Source: Parcubacteria group bacterium
GTDB lineage: Bacteria; Patescibacteriota; Minisyncoccia; Phycocordibacterales; Phycocordibacteraceae
DNA: 64,000 nucleotides
NCBI GenBank assembly: GCA_028286605.1
Contig: JAQBRE010000007.1
Coordinates: 44,537-108,536 of the forward strand
Direction: 5' to 3'
The translations under genes and the position numbers were made by a program. Position 1 is the first letter of the stretch, and each line of letters opens with the position of its first letter. This document shows, piece by piece, positions 1 to 12,000 of this stretch. Below the pieces are notes generated by a model. That model ran no database searches. It had not been told where the DNA came from and saw only the letters and a program-made list of their open reading frames with translations.

Positions 1-3000
1 TCTGACTACACGGGATACGCATACATCGGCGGAACGACCACACGCATCACGAACATACAGAATTACTTCAGCACCACCGGCGGTGTAACGAAGCAGATGC
101 TTGATGAGTCGATCGATGCAGCGACGCTGAGCTTGAGCGGAAACAGCAGTGGAGGCGGCGGCACGACGGTAATCACGGGCGGAGGAGGATTCAGTGGCGG
201 CGCGCTAAGCGCAACGACCGGCGACTTTTCGAGCGACGTGAACGTAGACGGAAACTTCACACTTGCAGGAACGCTCGCGAGCGCGGGTGAGATCAGTGCG
301 CCATTCTTTACTGCCACATCGCTCGCTGCGACGTCGACACTTCCGAACATCATTTCGAATTCATTCAGTATCGGCGGTGACACGATTACGGATTTCACCG
401 GAACGGGCCTTGCAGTCGTGAATGGAAAACTTACTGCGACAGCAACGACATCGAATGCATTCCAGCAGGGGGGAAATATCTTCGGCACGACTGCGACCCT
501 CGGTACGCAGGATGCGAACCCACTCGCATTCATCACGAACAACATCGCACGCATGACGATTGATGCAGCAGGCAACGTTACGGTCGGCACGACGACATCT
601 GCATCACTGCTTACGATCGGCGGTGATACGCGCGGCGATACGTTCACGGCAGTCGGCACAGGCACCTCGACGCTTCCGCGTCTTGCAACGAGCGCGCTCG
701 CGCTCGGCAACGATTACGTGACGGGCTTCACCGGCAACGGTCTTGCGGTCGTCGGCGGCGTGCTCGGCCTCGCCGGCAGCAACAATTATTTCTCGACGAC
801 CTCGTCTGACTTCTGGCTGGGTACGAAGAGCACGAGCGATCTTGCGGAGGGTTCCAAGCTGTACTTCACGAATGCGCGCGCAGACGCGCGCATCAATGCG
901 ACCACTACCATCGGTACGCTCACTTCCGCGCCTAACCTCGGTACGCTTTCAACGACGCTCACGGGCATCGTGAAGGCAACGAGCGGTGTGCTCTCGAGTG
1001 CGGTTGCCGGAACAGATTACGAGAACCCGCTTGCATTCGTGTATCCATTGCAGCGAACGCTTAATAGCATCAGTCTTGCATTCGGTACTACCACCGCAAA
1101 CTCATGGAGCCAGCTGCAATCCTTCGGCAACATAACTGCAGCGAACGCAACCACTACGACGCTCGATGCTACTACGCTTGGCCTCGGCAATTCATACTTC
1201 ACCTCGCTCCTTGGTAGCGGCCTGCAGAATGTTGGTGGCGTACTCACGCTTGATCGCACGGGTGACTGGACCGGCACATTCGGCGGCCAGATCCCTAGCT
1301 ATTATCTAGATAGTGCGAATCAGACTGGCGTTCTTGCGCAGGCAAACGGCGGCACGGGCATCGGCAGCTTTAATCCAGGCGATATCCTGTATGCCGATAA
1401 CATGGGTACGCTGACGACGCTTCCTGTCGGTTCAACAGGCCAGGTGCTCAAGATACAGGCTGGATTGCCGCAATGGGGCGTTGACGCGACGGTCGGTGCC
1501 GGCGGTTCAGACGGAATCTTCGCGACATCTTCTGGCCTAGTCTATCCACTCGATACAAGCAATACCTTGCTTGTCGGCACGAACGCAACCTCGACGACAA
1601 ACAGTATCTTCGAAGTGCATGGTCAGAGCTACTTCTCATCGAAGCTCAGCATTGCGACTACCACCGCGCCGGTAGCGCTCTCTGTAGGTGGTTCAGGCTA
1701 CTTCACAGGCGGCCTCGGTGTTGGCATTCTTAATACGGTTGCTGGTACATTGCGCACCTCGGGCGCTGCGGACATCGGAGGTAACCTTATCGTGACGGGC
1801 GCAACCACGCTTGCTTCTGCAACCTCCTCTTCGTTCTTCACTTCGAACTTCGGTATCGGCAGCACGTATTTCAGCTCGCTTACCGGCGCAGGACTCCTTG
1901 ATACCGCAGGCGTGTTGACGCTCGACACGACAGGCAACTGGGCGGGTACATTCAATGGCCACGCCAGCTCGTTCTATCTTGATGCGACGAACTTGAATAA
2001 TTTTGGAACGCCGTTCTACACGTTCCTTCACGCAACAACTACCGACGCGCTCGCAGAAGGTGTTTCGCATCTGTACTTCACGGATGCGCGCGCAGATGCG
2101 CGCATAAACGCGACCTCGACCATCGGCACGCTCACTTCCGCGCCGAACCTCGGAACAGTATCGACGTCGTTGAACGGTTTGCTTAAGGCAACGAGCGGCG
2201 TGCTCTCTGTTGCTTCTGCGGGGACAGACTTCCAGGCGCCGATAACTGCAAGCTACCCGGTACTCTTCTCTGGAAATAATGTTTCGCTCGCATTCAGTAC
2301 GACCACTACGAATAGCTGGTCATCGCTTCAGACATTCGGCGCAGGCTTCGTTTCGCAGGCTTCCTCGACGGTTGCTGGTCCGCTTACGGTCTCGGGTGCC
2401 TTCACGATTCCAAGTGTCACGAATGCATTGCTTTCATCGAATGGAAGCGGAGTCGTAGGGGCAACGACGATCGGAAACGGCCTTGCGTTCAGTGCAAATA
2501 CGCTTTCCGTCTCAACATCGTCGCTTGCGTCCGGTTTCTTCAAGCAGAGCGGAAATGCATTCGGCACTACGGCAGTACTCGGTACTACCGATAGTAATGC
2601 GCTTACGTTCATAACCAGCAACACAGAGCGCGCACGATTCGATACCTCCGGTAATTTCGGCATCGGCACCAGCTCGCCCTCGCAGCTTCTTTCGGTGCAG
2701 GGAAGCGGGTTGTTCTCTGGAAACATTTCTGCCGCGAATGTAACGGCAACGGGCTCGCTCGCTGTTGTAGGAGTAACTAACACCGGCAATGAGCAGATCA
2801 CGGGCGGCCTCGGTGTCGGTGTCGTAAACACGACGGCCGGTACGATCGTTACAACCGGCGCGATCACTACCGGCTCTCAGTTCATCGGTCTTGCGAGCGA
2901 TGGCGTCTCCGCACCATCCTTCACCTGGGCTACCGACATCACGACCGGTATCTATCATGCTGCCGGCAACACCATCGGCTTCACTACTGCTGGTGTCGGA

Positions 3001-6000
3001 CGTGCGGTCATCGACGGCAACGGTAATCTCGGCATCGGCAGCACTTCGCCTGCAGCGAAGCTTTCCGTTGAAGGAAACGCGCTCATTCACGGCACGGCAA
3101 CCATCGACGGCTTGGGAAGCGGCCTCGTGAAATCTACGAATGGCTTGCTTGGGCTCGCGGTTGCGGGTACTGATTACGCGGCACCCTTCACCGCAACGTA
3201 TCCGATCCTGTTCTCCGCGAATAATCTTTCGCTCGCATTCGGCACGACCACCGCGAACTCATGGAGCCAGCTCCAGCAGTTCAATGGAGCTGCGTCGTCG
3301 ACGCAGCTCACTGTTACGGGCAACACTTATCTTGCGACGAACGCAGGCAGCGTTGGTATCGGAACTTCCTCGCCGTTCACGACACTTGGTGTTGCGGGCA
3401 CGGTCTTCGCAAGTGGAAACATAACGACGACAGGAACGCTCACTGCGACTGCGCTTGGTACGCATTTCGCCGTTGCTTCGAATAACGGCACGCTTACGGC
3501 GCCGAATGCGTTCGTCGACACGTTCCTTAATGATGTCTCTCAACAATCTGTCGTGACAGGATTTTTTGGAATAAACACAAGTACGGGAGGATTTTATCGA
3601 ACGCTTACCGGCACTGCCGGTCAGATAACGGTTGCGAATGGTAGCGGGGCGGGAGGAAATCCAACATTCTCGCTTCCAACGGCAATTACAGGGGTGAACA
3701 GCATCACCGCAGCAGCAAGCACGAACCTTACCCTCGCGTCGGGAGGTTCGAGTGCTACGAGCGTACTTCTTACTCCTAACGGGGGTGGGGTCGGTATCGG
3801 TACCACCTCGCCCTCGCAGCTTCTTTCGGTGCAGGGCAACGGCCTTTTCTCCGGAAACATCGCCGTTGCAAATATCACGGCGACAGGAACTCTTGCTACG
3901 GCTGGTATCACTGATTCTGGAAACGCGCAGATAACCGGAGGGCTCGGTGTCGGAACAGTAAATACTACGGCCGGTACGATCGTTACAACCGGCGCCATCA
4001 CCACCGGCTCTCAGTTCATCGGTCTCGCCTCAGACGCTGTAAATACGCCATCCTTTACCTGGGCTGGCGACCTTACGACCGGCATCTACCACGCTGCGGG
4101 CAACACCATCGGCTTCACCACTTCAGGCGTTGAGCGCGCACGCATCGATGGCAACGGATTCCTCGGCCTTGGTTCGACCACGCCATCCACACGCCTTTCC
4201 GTGGAGGGCAACGCGCTCATTCACGGCACGGTTACGGTTGATGGGCTCGGTTCAGGATTGGTTAAGTCTACGAATGGAACGCTTGGGCTCGCGGTCGCGG
4301 GTACTGACTATGAAAATCCGTTGACATTCAATGCACCGCTTTCACGTACTGTGAATGCAATATCGATATCACAGGCAACTGTATCTACGAACGGATATCT
4401 TGCCTCTGCAGATTTCAATCTCTTTAATAATAAAGTTTCTTCCACTTCACTTTCGGGTGCTTCGGTAATCTCCTATACCTCGGGTACAGGGGTCATAACC
4501 ACTACGGGCGGTACATTCGGAGGTGGGAATTATGTTTTCCCTGCGAACACTTCGGTTGCGGGTAATCTTATAGCAAATACCATTCAACGTGTATTAAATA
4601 CAAGCACACAGAATATTGGCACCACCTCAACGGTAGTATTAGGTGCAGGAGGCACAACGAATATCGTCGGAGGTAATGCTTCGTTTTCAGGTGCAGGCGG
4701 CAACGTAACGCTTACGGGAGGCACCGGAATTGCTGCAGGAGGAAATATTGTTATCAATGCGGGGACTGGCGCATCAACTGGCAGCATCCTTCTTGGAAGC
4801 ACGGCTGGGTTCGTGGGTATCGCCACCTCCACGCCTGGTTCGCTTCTTTCCATCGGAGGCGTCGCAAACTTCACCGCAGCGACCTCGACCTTATATGGTA
4901 GCGGGGGAATCAATCTGAGCGCGGGTTGTTTCGCGATCAACGGCGCATGCGTCGGCGGTAATACGCTTTCGTTCTCCTACCCGCTTACGCTTAGCGGCAC
5001 GAATGTGTCGCTCGCATTCGGCACTACCACGGCGAACACTTGGAGCGCACTCCAGACATTCAACGGCGGCGTGAGCGCATCAACGATCATTACTTCGGGC
5101 GCAATCACCACCGGCTCTCAGTTCATCGGCCTCGCTTCAGACGGCGCCTCTGCACCATCCTTCACCTGGGCCGGTGATCTCACGACGGGTATCTATCATG
5201 CCGCCGGTAATACTATCGGCTTCACGACGAGCGGCGTTGAGCGCGCACGCATCGATGGCAACGGATTCCTCGGCCTTGGTTCCACCACGCCATCCACACG
5301 CCTTTCCGTTGAAGGGAATGCGCTCATTCACGGCACGGCAACCATCGACGGCTTGGGAAGCGGCCTCGTGAAATCTACGAATGGCTTGCTTGGGCTCGCG
5401 GTTGCCGGTACCGATTACCTTGCTCCTGGTTCACTTTCTGCAACGTATCCAATTCTTTATTCGGGAAATAACTTCTCACTTGCATTCGGCACGACCACCG
5501 CGAACTCATGGAGCGCACTTCAGACATTCAACGGCGGTGCTTCAACGACGCAGCTCACTTCAACCGGCAGTACCTATCTTGCAACGACGGGTGGCAATGT
5601 AGGTGTCGGAACGGCAGCGCCAGCTTTCAAACTTGATGTTGCAGGACCGATAAATACGGATATATTCTCGGGTTACTACCAGGGTGGTAAGTTGTTGGCT
5701 TACGCGTCTTCTACGAACGACGATACGATCTTCGGTCTTGGTTCAGGCGGACAAAATGCCACCACAAGCGCAGCGATCAAATCGCTAACGGCATTCGGCT
5801 TCAATGCGTTGGCGGCTAATACCACAGGTAACGTTAACAACGCGTTCGGAGCAAATGCTCTCGCGGCAAACACGACAGGCGGAGGGAACAACGCGTTCGG
5901 AGCAAATACGCTCACGGTGAATATCTCAGGCAGCCTCAACGACGCGTTCGGAAACGGTGTCCTTATCCGTAACACAACAGGTTCTGGTAACAATGCTATT

Positions 6001-9000
6001 GGCAGCGGCGTTCTCTCCAACAACACGACTGGTTCTAATAATAATGCCATCGGCAGTCTTACTCTCGTAGGTAATACCACTGGTTCTAATAATAATGCCA
6101 TCGGCAATCTGGCCCTCAACGGCAACACCGGCAACAGCAACAGCGCTCTTGGCGATCAAGCAGGGTCTGTTACTACCGCCGGCAGCCAGAACCTCTTCCT
6201 CGGCGCACAGTCGAACACGATAGGAGCTGGATATATCAGCACCGGCTCCAACAACATCGGCATCGGCTACAACACGCTCTTCCCGAGCGCAACAGCAAGC
6301 AACCAGCTGAACATAGGTAACTTCATATACGGTACGATTGCCGCGACTTCGAGCGCAAGCACTTTCAGCGCGCCGGGTACCGGCCTCCTCGGTATCGGTT
6401 CCTCGACGCCAGGCTCGCTCCTTTCTATCGGCAACACGAACGGCATCAACTTCTCGACAGCGACTTCAACGTTCTCTTCAACGGGAGGTATCAACCTCAC
6501 GAACGGTTGTTACGCAGTAAACGGTGTCTGTGTCGGAACGAACGCAGGAACTGTAACTTCCGTTGACGCATCCGGCGGCACCACCGGCCTCACGTTCAGC
6601 GGCGGCCCTGTTACTACAAGCGGAACACTCGCGCTCGCAGGAACGCTCGTTGTTGCGAACGGTGGTACAGGAAGCACGACCCTTTCAGGTCTCTTGAAAG
6701 GAAACGGAACAGGATCACTCCTTACTGCGATTGCAGGGACCGATTACCTTGCTCCTGGTTCACTTTCTGCAACGTATCCAATTCTTTATTCGGGAAATAA
6801 CTTCTCACTTGCATTCGGTACCACGACTGCAAACTCATGGAGCCAGCTTCAGACGTTCACCTCAGGGTTTGTTTCTCAGGCATCGTCGACAATAACAGGT
6901 GTCCTTAACCTGGGTAACAATGTGAACTTTAACGAAGCAGGTACCACGACGCTTAAGACGCCTGATCAATCGAGCGGCAATATAGGATCGATCTTAATCT
7001 CAACAGGCGCGGTTAGTGGTGTTGCAAACCCGGGGAATATCACGATTATGCCAGGAAACTCGCCTGGCTCTGGGGGTAATGTCCTTATTAAGGGCGGTTC
7101 CGCAGGATTCGGGACGCCTGGAAACGTAACAATACAGCCAGGGATAGGTATTTCGGCTGGATACGCATTACTGGCATCTAACGGAGGCTTAGTAGGTATT
7201 GGTGCAACCACAACTCCTTCGCAGCTTCTTTCGGTGCAGGGCAATGGCCTCTTCTCCGGAAACATCAGTGCGGCGAACCTTACCGCAACAGGTACCGTTA
7301 CAACGGCAAACCTTACACTCGCAGCGCTTAACGGTCCGCTACAAGCGATCAACGGTGTCGTCTCTGCAACGACTTCTATTGGCGTTGTGTATGGCGGTAC
7401 GGGCTCAACGACGCTCACCGGCCTACTGAAGGGAAATGGCACAGGATCACTGCTCTCTGCTGTTGCCGGCACCGACTATCAGGCACCTCTTACGTTCGTG
7501 TACCCGCTTCTCAATAGTGCGAATACTATTAGCCTTGATTTTGGTACAACGACAGCGAATACATGGAGCGGCCTTCAGACCTTCGGTGCCGGTTTCGTTT
7601 CGCAAGCATCATCGACTGTTGCTGGCAACTTCACGGCTACTGGCTTTATCAGTACAAGTGGTACGACTGGCGGCTATCAGATTGACAATCAGCTCTTTGC
7701 GTACGGATCGACGACGAGCGGCGCGGTCGTCCTTGGGTTTGGCGCGGGAGGAGACGCCCTCACCACAGGTACTAGCCCGAACGTTGCTATAGGAAATAAT
7801 GCGCTGCATATCAATAGCGGAGGCACCTCGAACGTCGCCATCGGCTATCAGGCTATGCTTGTTAATCAGACAGGTTCAAGCAATACCGCTATCGGTTCGC
7901 AGGCACTGATCTTTAACCAGACAGGTTCAAGCAATACTGCTATCGGTCAGCAGGCGCTCAACTCTAATACGGTAGGCAGCAACAACGTCGGCATAGGAGC
8001 AAATGCTCTTCAAAACAATACGACAGCTACGAATACGGTCGCGATCGGCGTGTTCGCAGCTGGAGGTTCGGCAGCCTATACAAACCAAGGCGGAACGTAT
8101 GTTGGTTATTCGTCCGGATTCAGCGCGCATAGTTCCTCGGACTACAATTCGTTCTTCGGATATCAGTCTGGCGCGCAGGACACTACCGGAAACGACAACA
8201 TTTTCATTGGCGCACAGCCTAACTTCAGCGGCGCTGGGTATGTGACCACGGGCGCGAACGATATCGGCCTCGGTTTCAATACGCGCTTCCCAAGTGCAAC
8301 GGCAAGCAACCAGCTGAACATCGGTAACTTTATCTATGGAACACTGCCTGCCACCACGACGGCAAGCACCTTCAGCGTACCGACGGCAGGGCATCTCGGT
8401 ATCGGTTCCTCCTCTCCGTATGCAAAGCTTTCGGTCCATGCAAATAATGGGTCGACTGACACGACGCTCTTCTCGATCGGATCTTCCACCGCAAGCTTGA
8501 CGACGACACTCTTGAGCGTTAGCAACACCGGTGTCATCACGTCGAATGCTGCCGCAACCTCGACGTTCACGAACGGTATCGCTCTCACGGGTGGTTGCGT
8601 GAGCGTGAATGGCGCATGTATCGGTGTTGGTTCGGCCGGTACGGTAACCAGCGTTGACGCAGTTGGCGGCACCACCGGCCTCACGTTCAGTGGCGGCCCC
8701 ATTACTTCAAGCGGCGTTCTCACGCTTGCCGGCACCCTTGGTGTTGCGAACGGCGGCACAGGCGCAGTTACACTCACCGGCCTCGTGAAGGGAAACGGTA
8801 CCGGCGCATTCACCGCAGCAGTTGCCGGTACGGACTACCAGGCACCGCTCGCGTTCACGTATCCACTCGTGAATACGGCGAATACGATCTCGCTCGCATT
8901 CGGTACCACGACTGCGAACACGTGGAGCCAGTTGCAGCAGTTCAACGGCGGTGCTTCAACGACGCAGCTCACTGTTACGGGCAGCACCTATCTTGCAACG

Positions 9001-12000
9001 ACTGGAGGGAACGTCGGTGTCGGAACGGCAGCACCAGCATTCAAGCTCGATGTTGCAGGACCAATCAATACGAATATATTCTCGGGTTACTATCAGGGCG
9101 GCCAGCTGCTTGCCTATGCGTCTTCCACGAACGGTGCTACGATCTTCGGCCTTCAGGCAGGCGGACAGAACGCCACCACAAGCGCATCGGCCATCAGCTT
9201 AACGGCAATTGGATTCAAGGCATTGTCCGCAAACACCACCGGTTTCGCCAACACTGGAGTAGGTTTCTCCTCCCTCATTTCTAACACCACCGGTTTCGAC
9301 AACACCGCTTTCGGTATCAGCGCACTCGGCGGCACCACTATTGGCAGCAACAACGTGGCGGTTGGTGCCAGCGCACTCTTTGGAAACGTTTCAGGTACCA
9401 ACAACGTTGCTGTTGGTATTAATGCACTTGGTGCGGATATTTCAGCAACTACCACCGTAGCTGTGGGATCCGGCGCTGGGTGGGGATCGGGTAACTACTC
9501 GAATCAGGGCGGTACGTACCTTGGATATCAAGCAGGAACATTCCTTGCAAACGGCTCAGATTACAACACGCTGCTCGGATATCAGTCTGGTTCGCAGGTT
9601 ACTTCCGGATACGGAAACATCTTGGTGGGACCATCGGTTTCTAGTAACAACCTCACGACAGGTTCAGGCAACATAGGTATCGGATATAACCTTTCTTTCC
9701 CTGCAGCTTCTACGAATAATTATCTCAACATCGGCAGCCTGATCTTCGGCACGCTACCAGCGACGACCACCTCACTGACGGCACCAGTTTCAGGTCTGCT
9801 CGGCATCGGTACCACTTCGCCGTACGCGAAACTCAGCGTCCAAAGCAATAACGGCGACACCGCAACAACGCTCTTCGCGATCGGTTCATCCACCGCATCG
9901 CTTAACAGCACACTGTTCAGTGTCAGCAACACCGGTGTGATCACGTCGAATGCTGCAGCAACGTCAACGTTCACGAACGGTATCGCTCTCACGGGCGGCT
10001 GCGTAAGCGTGAACGGTACCTGTCTTGGTACTGGCAGTGGGGGCGTTACTTCCGTAAACGCAGTCGGCGGCACCACCGGCCTCACGTTCAGTGGCGGGCC
10101 GATTACAAGCTCGGGCACACTCACTCTTGCCGGCACGCTCGGCGTTGCGAATGGCGGCACGGGTTCAACCACGCTCACCGGCCTACTGAAGGGAAATGGC
10201 ACAGGATCACTCCTCACTGCCGTTGCCGGTACGGATTATCTCGCGCCAGGCTCGCTCTCTGCGACGTATCCGATTCTCTACAGTGCTAATAATTTCTCAT
10301 TGGCCTTCGGTACGACGACCGCTAATACATGGTCTTCGCTTCAAACGTTCACTTCAGGACTTATCTCGCAGGCATCCTCAACATTCAGCGGTTCATTGAA
10401 TGTTACGGGCTCTTCGTACTTCGGCGCGAATGTAGGTATCGGTACCACGACTGCAGCACAGCTGCTTACGCTTTCAGCTGCTGATACAAGTACATCGCTG
10501 ATTACGGCAGCACTTGCTTCTGAATCGATCATCAATAGCGATACTACGAACAACAATACTGCGGACCTCGTTTTCAAGACTGCTGATACCGCTGGCGCTA
10601 CCGTTGTTGGTACGAAACTTGCAACAGTCTTCACGTCGCACACGCCGAGCGGCGTCTCAGCTGATCTTGCATTCATAACCCGAAACGCAGGCACGCTCTC
10701 TGAGAAGCTGCGTCTCACGGCTGCCGGTAATCTCGGTGTCGGCACTACCACGCCTTCACAGGCACTCTCTGTTCAGGGTAATGGTCTCTTCTCTGGAAAC
10801 ATAAGTTCAGCGAACGTTACCGCTACCGGTACTATCACGACACCTAATCTCACGATCGCAGCGCTTAATGGTCCGCTACAGGCAAACAACGGTGTTGTAT
10901 CCGCAACGACTTCAATTGGAGTGCAGTACGGCGGTACGGGAGCAATCACCCTCACCGGTCTTATAAAGGGAAATGGTACGAGTGCGTTCACCGCAGCAGT
11001 AGCAGGAACGGACTACCAGGCCCCGCTCGCGTTCACGTATCCATTGGTTAATACCACCAACACCATTTCGCTTGCGTTCGGCACGACGACGGCGAACTCA
11101 TGGAACAGTCTCCAGCAATTCAATGGCGGACTGACTGCTTCAACGATCACGACGACAGGCAGTGTCGGTATCGGCACAAGTACTCCTGGTTCACTCCTTT
11201 CTATAGGTACTACGAATGGCATTAACTTCAGTACGGCAACATCAACCTTCAGTTCGACGGGCGGCATCAACCTTACGAATGGATGCTACGCAGTGAACGG
11301 CGTGTGTCTTTCAACGGGCGGCGGTACATTCACCAATACGCTTGCGAATGGCGGTACTGCAACAACTACCTTCTACGCAGGCGGTTTGGTATTTAGCGAC
11401 GGCACGAAGCTTACGCAGGCTTCGGGCTCTGGAGCAAGCATTCTTAGCTGGAACAACACGAACGGATTCCTTGGCATCGGCTCAAGCAGCCCTTCGTATG
11501 CGCTTTCCGTTCAGGGTACCAGCGGCATACGTGTGAAGACCACAACGAACACTGCCGCTGCGCTGGGTATCGAAAACTCACAAGGCACGACAACCCTCCA
11601 GGCCGACACTCTTGATTCAAGCGATTCGATCTTCTCTGTCGCAACCTCTACGGGTAACACGTACTTCTACGTGGGAGCTGGCGGAAACGTAGGTGTCGGC
11701 ACGACCACGCCGCTTTCCGCGCTTGCTATCGGCGGCGCAGGAGGTCTTTCCGTGGGAGCAGACTACAACATCGCAGCGCCAACGAACGGTGCGATCATCG
11801 AAGGCGGGTTAGGTGTCGGCACCACTTCTGTCATGAATAACGACGCGCTTGATGTAAGCGGCGCAGTGTACATCAACGGCACAGGCACCAACCCACTTGC
11901 TCTTTCGGTAGGCGCTACCGCCGCCGCAACCCCGAGCTTCAGCGTAGATCAAAGCGCTGGTATCGGTACGGGTCTCTCCGTAGTAACGAATCTCGTGGGA

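Noticed and set aside
63-710. Long antisense ORFs inside the giant gene (63..710 on the minus strand, 2328..2867 on the minus strand, and others)
   Set aside because: They are embedded in and opposite to an ORF with clear repeat and domain structure. High GC suppresses stop codons on the antisense strand. They have no motifs.
2840-10180. Diversity-generating retroelement (template/variable repeat pair) in the giant gene repeats
   Set aside because: Differences between repeat copies are not concentrated at adenines, and no reverse transcriptase gene is present in the window.
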